NCBI GenBank assembly: GCA_951406725.2
Contig: OX597814.1
Span: 66,154,001-66,218,000 of the forward strand
From: Octopus vulgaris
Taxonomy: Eukaryota
DNA length: 64,000 nt
Direction of reading: 5' to 3'
The number at the start of each line of letters is the position of its first letter. The stretch's first letter is position 1. A program made the position numbers and the translations under genes. Under the pieces are notes generated by a model, which was not told the origin of the DNA, did not search any database, and saw only the letters and a list, made by a program, of their open reading frames with translations. This document shows, in pieces, positions 43,659 to 56,937 of this stretch.

Positions 43659-43659
43659 T

Positions 43660-44281
43660 CAATTCCGTTTCCATTTCTTGCCGAGTATATTCCTGACACC
43701 TAGGTCAGAGATACGTACTGTATACATTGGAAGGCCATTAAAATAAACACATCAGATTGATCATTTACAAAATCATGGGATAAAGAAAAAAGGAAATACA
43801 GAGAGAAAAAGAAAAAAGAAAACAAATAAAAAATTAAGCAAATATAATAAAGGGGGAAAAGGAAAGAAAATTTACAGCGACAATGCTCTTTTCAATACGT
43901 TTGGTGTACCAGATAAGACAATCTTTTGCACTTCCTGCATGGATGGTAAGTTTCTTTTTTGATCATTCCAAGTTTTCCTACAATCATTGGTATTGTAACC
44001 GTCTTGAGATGCCACATCTTTTCGATTTTGATTAACAAATCTTTATATTTTCTGAGCTTATCAAATTCTTTTGCTAAGATATTATGGTTACAGAGTATGC
44101 TCATGTCAATCAAGAAACAGGCTTTATTCTTTTGGTCTTCCACAAAAATATCTGGCCTATTTGCTTTGATGTTCCGATCTGTGTATACTAGGAAGTCTCA
44201 AATAATAATTACACTTTCTCCCTCAGTTACAGCTTCAGTAGTTTTGACTTTATAATGCCGACTCATTATCCAATGTAGATA
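43660..44281 (-). mobile_element. Third-family R4/Dong-like LINE 3' fragment
   Basis: TDRNIKANRPDIFVEDQKNKACFLIDMSI...KLRKYKDLLIKIEKMWHLKTVTIPMIVG. Bounded by (TAA)n and (CAA)n. Confidence 0.8.
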
Positions 44282-44300
44282 TTATTATTGTTGTTGTTGC

Positions 44301-44331
<31 letters not shown>

Positions 44332-44834
44332 GCTGTTGCTGTTGTTGTTGTTGTTGTTGTTGCTGCTGTTGCTGTTGTTGTTATTATATATTCATAAGAA
44401 TATAATAAAAAGGAACCTAAGTATTAACTTGGTACTCCTTTATTTCAATAGTTACATACGTTTCAGTATTCAGAAAAGCATCACGTCACACAATATATGC
44501 ACATATTTATAGCATATCTCTATTTTTATGCATAAAAAATATATCTGCGTGTGTAATTGTGAATGTGTAATTGTGTTGTGTAAGAATAAAATCTTATTGA
44601 AATATGCACGCGCAAATAGGCGCTCTCACACACATTAATAAATGCAATTAAGTTATCAGAAACATTAGAATCAGATTTCTGAATACTTTTATTTTCTCCT
44701 ACATACAAGATCAATATATACGATTAATGCATTTGCATTTACAATATAAGACTTCTGGAAAGTAAACTAGTGTAAGCAAATTTGCACACGTACACACAAG
44801 ATTTATAACATTAAAGGCATGTCTGTATATATAC

Positions 44835-45066
44835 TCTTTTACTCTTTACTCTTTTTACTCTATTACTTGTTTCCGTCCTTTGACTGCGACCATGCTGGAT
44901 CATCGCCTTTAGCCGAGCAAATCTACCCCAGGACTTCTTCTTTGAAAGTCTAGTACTTATTCTATCGGTCTCTTTTGCCGAACTGCTATGTTACGGGGAC
45001 GTAAACACACCACCACCGATTGTCAAGTGATGTTGGGGTGACAGACACAGACACACAAACATATAT

Positions 45067-45143
<77 letters not shown>

Positions 45144-45250
45144 TACGATGGGTTTCTTTCAGTTTCCGTCTACCAAATACCCTCACAAAGCTTTGGTCGG
45201 CCCGAGGCTATAGTAGAAGACACTTGCCCAAGGTGCCACGCAGTGGGAAT
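44835..45250 (-). mobile_element. SINE family A copy, head truncated, (GAGTAAAA)n-like tail
   Basis: actcttttactctttactc...tgactgcgaccatgctgg...cccgaggctatagtagaagacacttgcccaaggtgccacgcagtggga. Confidence 0.85.
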
Positions 45251-45257
45251 AAATCAG

Positions 45258-45334
<77 letters not shown>

Positions 45335-45660
45335 GATATATATACATATATACAGGCATGCACATATATATATATATATATAATATGATTCCAAATTTAC
45401 AGGGAAAAATTCAATTTAGTAATACTAAATCAAATTCACAATATATAATATATGTATATAAACTTAATACATATGTATTAAGTTTAGAGATTTAGTTAAC
45501 AGAATATATTTGATGAGATATTAAGTGTTTTAATTTTAAGATATATTGTTGAATTTTGTTCGATTTTTTATTGAAAAATTTCGTATTTTTATATATATTT
45601 ATATTTTCTTTATAAGATAAAATACCTACATTTATTTGATTATTTTATTGTTTTTATCTT

Positions 45661-45743
45661 GGACCTGATGAGTGACTATATTTACATTGAATTGATTTTA
45701 CAGTTATAAGTTTGAAAATATGGCCACGAAACACGTGTAGTCT
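45661..45743 (+). ncRNA. Type I hammerhead ribozyme motif with extended stem II
   Basis: ggac-CTGATGA-gtgactatattt...aaatatggccac-GAAA-c acgt g-TA-gtct. Canonical core, about 11/12-bp stem II, palindromic stem III, GUA site. Confidence 0.75.
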
Positions 45744-46785
45744 TTTTACAAATTATATACCATTTATTATTTCGTACTTTATTTAGTTCTAGGAAAATGT
45801 TTTATCGTATCTTTAATTCTTTTCTATATGATATGATTTAATTATAGCATTGCTGAATTGCTACATGGTGGTGCTTTTCTAATATATGGGTGTATATGTA
45901 TACATGTATGTATGTATATATGAGTGTATATGTATGTATGTTTATATGTATATGCATATATATATATATAATATAAATATATATGCATATATATATACAT
46001 ACATGTACATGCCTACATATATATGCATATATACATGCATATATGGGTTAAAAGTGTACGTACACTTTGGTCTTATATGTAAGTATATATATATCTAAAT
46101 TTTGTACGACTCTATTATTCGTTGTATTCTTTCATTCTTTCCTTCTTTCTTTCAGCCCTTCCACACTTCGTTCATTCCACTCTTCGTTCTTTCGTTCCCC
46201 TCTCTCAAATTTCCTGGCCTTCTCTTCATGCTCACTTTCCCTCCTCCTTCACTTCACTGTGTCTCTTTCATTTATTCCTCGCCCCTCCTTAATTCCTCTA
46301 TCCCTCGGCCTCTACCTCTCTCTCTTCTCTCCCCACGTGACCGGTGTTCGCCCAGGCCTGAACTTTCTTTCTTGGTTCGAATACCATCCGTGCAACATCT
46401 ATATTCCTCCCTGTGCCTGTTAAAACTTATGTCCCTGCCGTAAAGCTTTAGTCCCATGCACGCCAGCTTAATTTAATTCGTTCTTAGTCGAAAGACACCT
46501 GGTGTTATGTCCTGTTAACTGCATTTGTATTTGTGTAACATTTCTGGGGTTTTTTCGTCCTTGTTTCCGTATACATTCGCTGCTTTCTTCCAGCGAATCT
46601 AATGCCCTTAGCTTGTTTTCTCCTTAAGGCTGGCCAGATTGGAGCAATCCCAAGTATAACCAACCGAAATTGCAAAGATAATCTGGAACTCGACTGAGGA
46701 TAGAAAACTCCGAATGTTTTCCTTGTATCGTCTGTCTGGATGTTTTGCGTTCTTGTCCCATTTTTGTGTGTGTATGTATATATAT

Positions 46786-47060
46786 GTGAGAACTACACAA
46801 CCAATTTCATTCAAATTTTATACATATCTTACTTAGGGTCCATGGAGTGTTATGAGCAAACAAAATCTTTAACTTCTTGCCTAGGGCGAGCCCAAAGCAA
46901 TATCATATCTTCTCTACTGTGTATCCCTAAAACTTGAGAACTACACAACCAATTTCATTCACATGCCTTACTCAGGGTCCATGTAGTGTCATGGGCAAAG
47001 AGAATGTTTAACTTCTTGCCTAGGGCGAGCCCACAGCAATATCATATATTCTCCACTATT
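46786..47060 (+). repeat. Tandem duplication of an about 140-bp unit
   Basis: tgagaactacacaaccaatttcattca...agggtccatg...taacttcttgcctagggcgagccc occurs at 46786 and 46935. Confidence 0.85.
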
Positions 47061-47302
47061 TCAGTATTACGTGTTAAAAGTGAAACAAAAACATCTCTCT
47101 ATTGTAATGTCAGATACTTTCACTTTAATACTGAAACTATTAAAGTCAAACTATTATATAAGAGAGATGAGCTATTAACAGTGGACATCCATTTTGCTAG
47201 AAGAAGATCCGCTATGGTCATATATGCTACACCATTGGTTTTCAATTCATATTAATCGAATTAATATTCAATTTCTCGCCCTTATTATTTTAAATTTAAA
47301 TT

Positions 47303-47308
<6 letters not shown>

Positions 47309-47377
<69 letters not shown>

Positions 47378-48529
47378 ACATATAGATGTGTATATATGGA
47401 TGTATATATATATACATATATATATAGATAGATAGATATTGATATATATATATATATATAAATATATATATATTCATGTATATATATGGATGTATATATA
47501 TATACATGTATATGTATACATGTATGTGTATAGATGTATATATATATATATAGATGTACATATAATATGTACACATATATACATGCATACATATATATAC
47601 AGCCATACACACATACAGACACATACATAAATAGGTGCAGGTGTGGCTGTGTAGTAACAAACTTCGTTCCAAAACACATGGTCCTGGGTTCAGTCCCACT
47701 GTGTGGTGACTTGGCATGTGTCTTCTGCTAAAGCCTCACACCAACCAAAGCCTTTTCAGTGGATTTTGTAGACAGAAACTGAAAGAAATCAATCGTATAT
47801 GTATGTATATATGTAAGTCTATGTGTGTGTCTTTGTGTTTCTCCCTCATCACAGCTTCACAACTGCTGTTCTGTTTATTTAGAGCCCCATAACTTACCAG
47901 GCTTATCAAAATAAAATAAAAAACCACTAGGCAGTATCTCATTTTTGTTTTCCCACACAATTTATTTTTGTGTGTATGTGTGTGTGTGTGCGTGTGTGTA
48001 TATACACACACACACACATACACACAAAAATATATTGTGTGGGAAAACAAAAATGAGATACTGCCTAGTGGTTTTTTATTTTATTTTGATAAGCCTGGTA
48101 AGTTATGGGGCTCTAAATAAACGAACAGCAGTTGTGAAGCTGTGATGAGGGAGAAACACAAAGACACACACATAGACTTACATATATACATACATATATA
48201 TACGATTGATTTCTTTCAGTTTCTGTCTACAAAATCCACTGAAAAGGCTTTGGCTGGTGTGAGGCTTTAGCAGAAGATACATGCCAAGTCACCACACAGT
48301 GGGACTGAACCCAGGACCATGTGTTTTGGAACGAAGTTTGTTACTACACAGCCACACCTGCACCTATTTATGTATGTGTCTGTATGTGTGTATGGCTGTA
48401 TATATATGTATGCATGTATATATGTGTACATATTATATGTACATCTATATATATATATATACATCTATACACATACATGTATACATATACATGTATATAT
48501 ATATACATCCATATATATACATGAATATA

Positions 48530-48579
<50 letters not shown>

Positions 48580-48647
48580 ATATCTATCTATCTATATATA
48601 TATATGTATATATATATACATCCATATATACACATCTATATGTATAC

Positions 48648-48695
<48 letters not shown>
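47309..48695. repeat. About 1.4-kb spacerless palindrome; each arm carries a SINE A copy (about 47634-47910 plus, about 48090-48364 minus)
   Basis: Arms mirror around gtgta-ta-tacac at about 48001. The ORF track shows matching peptides on opposite strands (47474-47677 minus = 48321-48524 plus). Confidence 0.95.
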
Positions 48696-48697
<2 letters not shown>

Positions 48698-48962
48698 ATT
48701 TCGACGACAGAAACTTAAAGAAATCAATCGTATATATATGTATGTATATATTTAAGTGTATGTGTGTGATTTTGTTTCTGTGTTTCACCCTCGTCACTAC
48801 TTCACAACTACTGTTCGTTTATTCACATCCCCATAACTTACCGATTTCACACGAATAAACTAATAGAATAGTACCAGGCTTATCAACATAAAAAAGCACT
48901 ACGCTGCGTCTATTTTTGTTTGCCCACTCAGTTGTATCAATCAATTTATCTTTGTGTGTGTG

Positions 48963-49072
<110 letters not shown>

Positions 49073-49379
49073 TGTATGTATATGTGTACATTCATATTTA
49101 TTATATCAAAGACAATGTCTTTGTGTGTGTTCGTGTATTACTTATACATTTGAAAACTGCTGCACCGATCATAATGAAATTTGAAACACAAAATCCAAGC
49201 CTAAGGAGAAGGGTAATGCTGTGTGTTTCATACAATTTCATGGACCAAAATTACTGAATAGATCCTTATGATATTTGAAACTTAGATTCAATGCATAAGG
49301 ACGGGTATAATGCAATATGTTTGCTTTGAATTTCAGATGGCTTAAAGGGAGCAGAACCCCCACGAAAATTCATAAATTC

Positions 49380-50772
49380 ATAAACCCCCTTTCTCAATAC
49401 ATAAAAGAGAATTGGAAAAGTTTCCTGGACGACTGTTTTATACTCTGGAATGAAAACACAGATAAACTCCTAAAATTCAAAAACCTATTGAACAGTATCA
49501 ACCCAAATATACAGATCACAATGGGGTACAACCAAAAGGAGCTTCCATTCTTAGATATACTGATTTAAAAAATTAACCTTAAAATAGAAACAGACATATT
49601 CTATAAAAACAACAGACGCCAAACAATACCTACTTTTTGATTCATGCCACACAAGACACACTAACACAAACATCCCTTTCAACCTTGCAAGAAGGATATG
49701 CACAGTAGTGTCAGAACAAAATACCAAGAACTCAAAAACACCCTAATTGATAGACACTACCCAGTTCAACTCATAGAGAATGGGATCAGACGTGCAACAG
49801 AAATCGACATAGAAACTTTGAGAAAAGTTCAACACAACACACCTTCCCCGAAAATACTGCCTTACATATCCGCATACAACCCCAGACAACAAAGAAGCCT
49901 TCACCATCATCACCCAGAATTTACCAACACTTCATAAGGACCCCAAATTAAAGGAAATTCTAAACATACATAAAATCATTAAAAGCTACAAACAACCGAA
50001 ATTACTAAAAAATATTCTCACAAATGCAAAATTGTTTTCTGAAATTACGGATATAAAAGTAAAACAATGTGGTAGACCAAACTGTGCAACATGCCCAAAC
50101 CTTCAAGAAGGATCAGAATTCCTTTTCAAAGCGGGACAAAAATTCAAGATGAAATCTAATTTTACTTGTGTTTCTGAAAACATAATTTATGTCATAAGAT
50201 GCTCGGGTTGCCACCAAAACTACATAGAGTCCACGGGATTATCACTCAGACGCAGATGCACTCTGCATCGACGACAGATTGCATTCCCAGAATACAGAAT
50301 GATACCCTTTAGTGAGCATATTGAGAAATGCGCAAAGCAACTACTACTACAATTTTTCATCTTTCCATTCTATCAATGTGCCATTGGAACACCAACACAG
50401 ATTAGATTAAACAAGGAAACATTCTTCATTGAAAAATATAAGCCTAAACTTAACCATCCTAACATTCTTATACAGAGAAACTCATCTCATTGAAAAAAAG
50501 AAAAAATATATAAAGCGATTATCTCCCTTATACCTGAAGAAATCCCCGATTACCTCCCCCTGCCTGGAACTCTTCTTTGCACTACATAACGAAGACATGA
50601 CACGATGTAGATAAAGAAATTTGAGAAATTTGAAAAGTTTACACGAAACAGGTTATTTCTCCAAAAACTGTGTTACTATACACAAAATTTTATAAATTTT
50701 TCTAACATAACAACTTAAATATATTCTTTAACCTTATAAAACAAGCCTTCTGTAGTTTTTTCCCCTCTTTTC

Positions 50773-50780
<8 letters not shown>
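49380..50780 (+). mobile_element. Penelope-like element (Neptune-type), 5'-truncated: RT C-terminal part, Cys-rich linker, GIY-YIG, 3' tail
   Basis: KENWKSFLDDCFILW, LPFLDILI; ORF 50032-50493 CGRPNCATCPNL...NIIYVIRCSGCHQNYIEST...KETFFIEKYKPKLN. Confidence 0.9.
50623..50661 (+). ncRNA. Minimal hammerhead motif with U3-A8 core variant in the Penelope 3' tail
   Basis: gagaaat-TTGAAAA-gt ttac ac-GAAA-c ag g-TT-atttctc, with a perfect 7-bp stem I. Confidence 0.6.
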
Positions 50781-50853
<73 letters not shown>

Positions 50854-50890
50854 TGAGAAAGTTGGTGTGTGAAAGCACATATATAGAAAC

Positions 50891-51591
50891 TAGTAAAAAG
50901 TGAAAAATCTACAGAAGGCTTCTTTTAAAGGTTAAAAAATATATATTTGAGTCATTATGTCAGAAGAATGTTATAAATTTTTTCATACAGTGACATAGTT
51001 TTTGAAGAAATTACCGGTTTTCGTGTTAACTTTTCAAATTTCTCAAAACATTGTGTTATGACTTCGTTATGAAGTTTAAAGGAGAGTTCCAGGTAAGGAG
51101 GTAATAAGTGATTTCTTCCGGTGTAAGGAAGATAATCGCTTTATATTTCTTGCCTTTTTTTACTTAATGAGGTGAGTTTCTCTGTATAAGAATGTTAGAG
51201 TGGTTAAGTTTGGGCTTATATTTTCATTGAAGAATCAAGGAAACATTCTTCATTGAAAAATATAAGCCCAAACTTAACCGCTCTAACATTCTTATACAGA
51301 GAAACTCACCCCATTAAGTAAAAAAAGGTAAGAAATATAAAACGATTATCTCCCTTACACCGGAAGAAATCACTTATTACCTCCCCTTACCTGGAACTCT
51401 CCTTTAAACTTCATAACGAAGTCATAACACAATGTTTTGAGAAATTTGAAAAGTTAACACGAAACCGGTAATTTCTTCAAAAACTATGTCACTGTATGAA
51501 AAAAATTTATAACATTCTTCTGACATAATGACTCAAATATATATTTTTTAACCTTTTAAAAGAAGCCTTCTGTAGATTTTTCACTTTTTAC

Positions 51592-51593
<2 letters not shown>
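50891..51593. repeat. About 700-bp palindrome of two Penelope 3'-tail (pLTR-like) copies, 9-nt spacer
   Basis: 50891-51235 is the reverse complement of 51245-51593. The right arm is a diverged copy of 50420-50760. Confidence 0.93.
51439..51477 (+). ncRNA. Minimal hammerhead motif, U3-A8 variant (mirror copy at 51005-51044 minus)
   Basis: gagaaat-TTGAAAA-gt taac ac-GAAA-c cg g-TA-atttctt, with palindromic stem III and a GUA site. Confidence 0.65.
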
Positions 51594-51632
<39 letters not shown>

Positions 51633-51659
51633 TCCACCCCTCCATATAACATAGTTATT

Positions 51660-51729
<70 letters not shown>

Positions 51730-51744
51730 CATATACATAGTTAA

Positions 51745-51791
<47 letters not shown>

Positions 51792-51793
51792 AA

Positions 51794-51854
<61 letters not shown>

Positions 51855-51944
51855 TAAGCAATTAAGGGTTTAGCAACGAATTGCCTTACCGCACACCGAA
51901 TTTAGAAATATATATGTATATATATATATATGTATGTATATATA

Positions 51945-51980
<36 letters not shown>

Positions 51981-52071
51981 TGTATATTTGTATATAAATA
52001 CATATATATGTGTGTGTGTATATATATGTATATGTAAATATGTATATATATATATATATGTACATACATAA

Positions 52072-52126
<55 letters not shown>

Positions 52127-52299
52127 TATACATATATGTATATAGATATATACATACATATATGTATTTACATCTAAAATATACACATATATGCATGTAT
52201 TTACATACAAACATACATATATATAGATAGATTTATCTATGTATATGAACATATATATATATACATACATATATAAATTACTATGTTATATGTGGAGGT

Positions 52300-52335
<36 letters not shown>

Positions 52336-52561
52336 TTACATATACATGTCTGTCTGAATGTGTATACTTGTTTTGTGTGTGTGTGCATGTATGTGTGCTT
52401 AAGCGCGCGTCTGTGTATAAGTATTCACATATGTAGAACTGTACACAAATACATAAACGTTTATTTGTTTCTTTATACATACAAAAGTACATTCGTACAC
52501 ACATACTTATATACATGCATGCATACATACTCGTACATACATACATACATACATACATACA

Positions 52562-52592
<31 letters not shown>

Positions 52593-53100
52593 TTACATAC
52601 ATACGTGCATGTTTTTATTCATTCTGCTAACTGAGGTCATCACGTTGAAATTCGACAAGTTGAGACTGGACAATTTTGGCAGCTTACGAAAAATTATCTT
52701 CAGGAAATCTCTTTGAATACAACTATTCCTTACTCTCTTTCGCTTTTTTTCTCCCTTTCCCTTGATCTCTATCTTGATCTATTTGTTTTTGATGCTTACT
52801 GTTGCCATCTTTTTTTATTTTTTTGCTATTATTTGTTTCGTTTTGCAGTTATTTTCACTTTAGTTTGCTTTTATTGTAGTTTGTGGGTATCATTATATTT
52901 TTCTTTCTGTTGTTTTTGATGTAGTTCTTGCGAAAAACTCTAAATAGTTTCCATAATTTTAAGTTTTAACAATGGTTTCTTACATTGGTACAAGAATGGA
53001 TATCTGAACTGAGCACTGTATTTGACTCGTACAACACGCTCACACACACACATTCATATACATATATAGACACACACACCCGCCTGTGTGTGTGTGTGTG

Positions 53101-53477
53101 TTTACTCTCTCTCTTACTTGTTACTGTCATTTGACTGCGGTCATGCTGGATCACCGCATTTAGTCGAGCAAATCGACCCCATGACTTATTCTTTGTAAGC
53201 CTGTACTTATTCTATCGGTCTCTTTTTGCTGAACCACTAAGTTTGCGCGGACGTAAAATCACCAGCATCGGTTGGGGGTGACAAACACACACACATATAT
53301 ACATATACATATATACGACGGGCTTCTTTCAGTTTCCGTCTACCAAATCTACTCACAAGGCTTTGATAGGCCCCAGGCTATACTAGAAGACACTTGCGCA
53401 CGGTGTCACGCAGTGGGACTGAAGCCAGAACCATGTGGTTGGTAAGCAAACTATTTACCACACAGCCACTCCTGTGC

Positions 53478-53478
<1 letters not shown>
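53101..53478 (-). mobile_element. SINE family A, near full length
   Basis: Colinear with 1420-1793 from tail to head (...gggactgaagccagaaccatgtggttggtaagc...ttaccacacagccactcctgtgcc). Confidence 0.88.
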
Positions 53479-53512
<34 letters not shown>

Positions 53513-54149
53513 CATACACATATATTCATATCTACATTTATATATGTGTATACATGTGTATATATATGTACATGTATATATACACACATTCATACAATGA
53601 TGTATACATATTAGTATCTATTTATAGATAAAGAGATACGCTTAGGTATTTGTATATAAATAATTATGCATATTTATGTTTGTATATATGTATGTATGTG
53701 TGTGTGTATGTATGTACGTATGTAATTATGTATATATATATATATATATATACATATATGTGTGCGTGTATAAGAGAAAATATTTATTGTTTTCTAAATG
53801 TTTTATAATAATTTGATTATTATTTAAGCATTTCTGAATGATATTCTTTAATAACTTACTTTGCTATAGGGTTATTTAGAAAATTCTGGGTTATTTAAAT
53901 AATTCAGAGTATTCCATAATTACTGCCTGAGCATTCAACATGCATTTCTATTGGCTTGATTGTCCGAACTCAGAATTTCAATCATTCGTTGATTTGCAAT
54001 CCTGGCATTATCTGTTGTGTATTATACCCACCCGCAGTCTAACTTCCATAAAAATCCCATCGCACACACAGACACACACGCGCGCGCGCGCGCGCACACG
54101 GACACGCGGCGCAACCTCATAAGCAGATTACAGTCATATATCTTTACCA

Positions 54150-54700
54150 GTTCCTAGATAAGACTAAATTGTACTAAACACTTTGTCAAGCAACAAATCT
54201 TTCTTGATCACAGTTTTAAAGAACCATCTATCAATCTACTTTCTATTCATCTGCAGTATCAGAGAACATACAACTCGCAATAGACGCATAAAAACTATCG
54301 TTAAAAAAAGAAAACGAAATTAGTATACACTAATACCATATATGATCAAGAAAAACTACAAGTGGTGTACAAATCTTCATGGATTACGCTGGACCTGTCT
54401 GAACAAAACGCAATAAACTACAAAGAATAGAATGTGCACACTTTATATCAATTTAGGCTGCTCAGAGACAACACACATGAACCACCTACATTTCACATAC
54501 AAAACACAAGATATGAAAGATTATGTTCACGTATCAGACTTATTTCTTATCAATAAATGTACATTCACCTGCCAAATAAACCGACACCTTCATAGCAACG
54601 TACAGTACATACATTCGCATTACACCAGCATAAAAGATGCATGCACTCACCAAATCAACATTAGCTTCAATAACCTTATTGGCCTCATTGTGTTCAAATG
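54150..54700 (+). mobile_element. Highly decayed non-LTR retrotransposon remnant (post-RT region)
   Basis: FMDYAGPV*TKRNKLQRIECA and LGCSETTHMNHLH resemble the DYA.P.W...KLQ..Q...GC...T...HLH pattern of I-group LINEs. Confidence 0.4.
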
Positions 54701-54897
54701 CTAATAATAAACATAGAGAACAGTGATTATCACGATCTGATCCAGTCCACTTCGGTCCTGGCCGATACAATCGTAAAGAAAGCAGGCTAAAAGTGCTAAG
54801 AGTATAACATGCAGAATATCACACAGCATCCCACACGATTAACCACATCTGGTAGTTTCAGCAGCATCATCAATCAAGGACATATATATATATATAT

Positions 54898-54945
<48 letters not shown>

Positions 54946-55840
54946 CGTTTCCAAATTTCTGACAGAATGAATTGCGCCATGGTGCTATTTTTCTCACTGA
55001 CGGTGCCCAACTGACCCTGCTATGGTGTATAGCCGATAAAATCAAAGAAAAAACGCGCGTGCGCGAAATAAAAAATATAAAATTTACCCGTCGCATGCTG
55101 TATATGTATGTAGGTATGTATTCATGTATGTATGTATACACGCATATACATATACTTACATATATGTGTATGTATATATGCATGCATATGTAATACTTAT
55201 CTATAAAGAGCCATATGGATATACAGACGCACACATGTGTGTATGTGTGATGTGAGTGAATATATTGAAAAAGTGAGGGGCAATAAGAATGACAGAGCAG
55301 AAACAGACAGACTGAGAGTAAAAACAAAGAATATGAGAGGATAGGATGAAACGTGGGTAACCGAAAACAGAAAATAGCAGTATATTTTTCAGTGCGATCT
55401 GCAAGTTACATCAAATTCCATGACACAGCAGGTGGAGCTTTTTGTATCTTTTTGAAAAGAAGATGATTTTAAATTTTGAACTGTGTTGTTGTTATTTTTG
55501 TAGTTTTTGTTGTTGATGATAAATGCATAAAATGATAGATGCATAAAAGTGTTACTGAGTTTTCAATAGAACATAGATGCCTTTCATTAAATAGTCTGGT
55601 GTCTTACGATATCTCTGAAACACACACTTACATGGACATACAGTCCTTCATAGATATTCATTTTTGAATACAAACGCATGGATCCAGAATACACACACTA
55701 TATATACAAAAATTATGCGTGTACGTTTGCGTGTGGCTACGTATTATGAGGTTGTGTAAACACATGAATATCTATATACTTTATATTCATATACATCTAT
55801 GGCCACAGCATTTTCATAAGTGCATGCATACATAAAAAGG

Positions 55841-55889
<49 letters not shown>

Positions 55890-55948
55890 CAGCAGCAGCA
55901 GCAGCAGCAGCTGTAGTAGTAGTAGCAGTAGCAGCAGCAGCAGCAGCT

Positions 55949-56005
<57 letters not shown>
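55841..56005. repeat. (TAG)n/(CAG)n compound microsatellite
   Basis: Direct triplet repeats with a higher-order duplication. Confidence 0.95.
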
Positions 56006-56701
56006 TAGTTAACATTCGTAATGATCCTGATTGCTAAAAATTGACGTAAGCTTTGTTAGTTTACAGTGTTGGAAAAGAATGATTTAGCAGCGTAGACCTA
56101 TTCTTGATTTATTTTTAATTAAGGCACAAGGCCATAAATTCGGTAGTGGGAGTTTCATCTATTGCATATATCCTAGTTTTCAACTGGTATTATTTGTTAT
56201 GTTAATTTTTGAACTCAGAACGTAACATATTTTTCCGATGCTCAAACGATTCGGCCATTCTATCGCATTATTCTTTATATTACCAGCAACTTAACTTTTG
56301 TATTAGAGACTTCATTCGCTTTTAAAATATAAGTCCTGTCAACGCTTCATTAATTCATTTCTATTTCACAGCGATAAAAAGAAGAGAAACACTTCTTCCG
56401 TGGGATAGGGTATCTGTATACTGCGGCAACATTCTCCGATGACCTACAATTTATATCGAACAGTTGATGGTATGCACAAATGCAAAAGCGAGGAATTCTT
56501 TTCCGGAATACACTGAAATGCCTGCGTATGAATTAATAGACTGTTAACAATTTTATGATAATGAACTCGGGTGTACTTTCACAAAGTATGTAATCTGTAA
56601 CTGGATTCAATAATCTTCAGCTTCAAGTAAACTACTCTCATACATGAAGTGTGTGCATTTCCTTAATTCTGAGCGTAAATTATTCAAAATATATGTGTAC
56701 G

Positions 56702-56773
<72 letters not shown>

Positions 56774-56796
56774 GTGTGTGTATGTATGTATATATG

Positions 56797-56891
<95 letters not shown>

Positions 56892-56937
56892 GAAATATGT
56901 TACGAAAAGAAAATATAAAATACACGTGGAAATGTAA

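Noticed and set aside
46600-46700. Possible hammerhead (ggctgg...ccaaccGAAAttgca)
   Set aside because: No recognisable CUGANGA-type core upstream; too degenerate to call.
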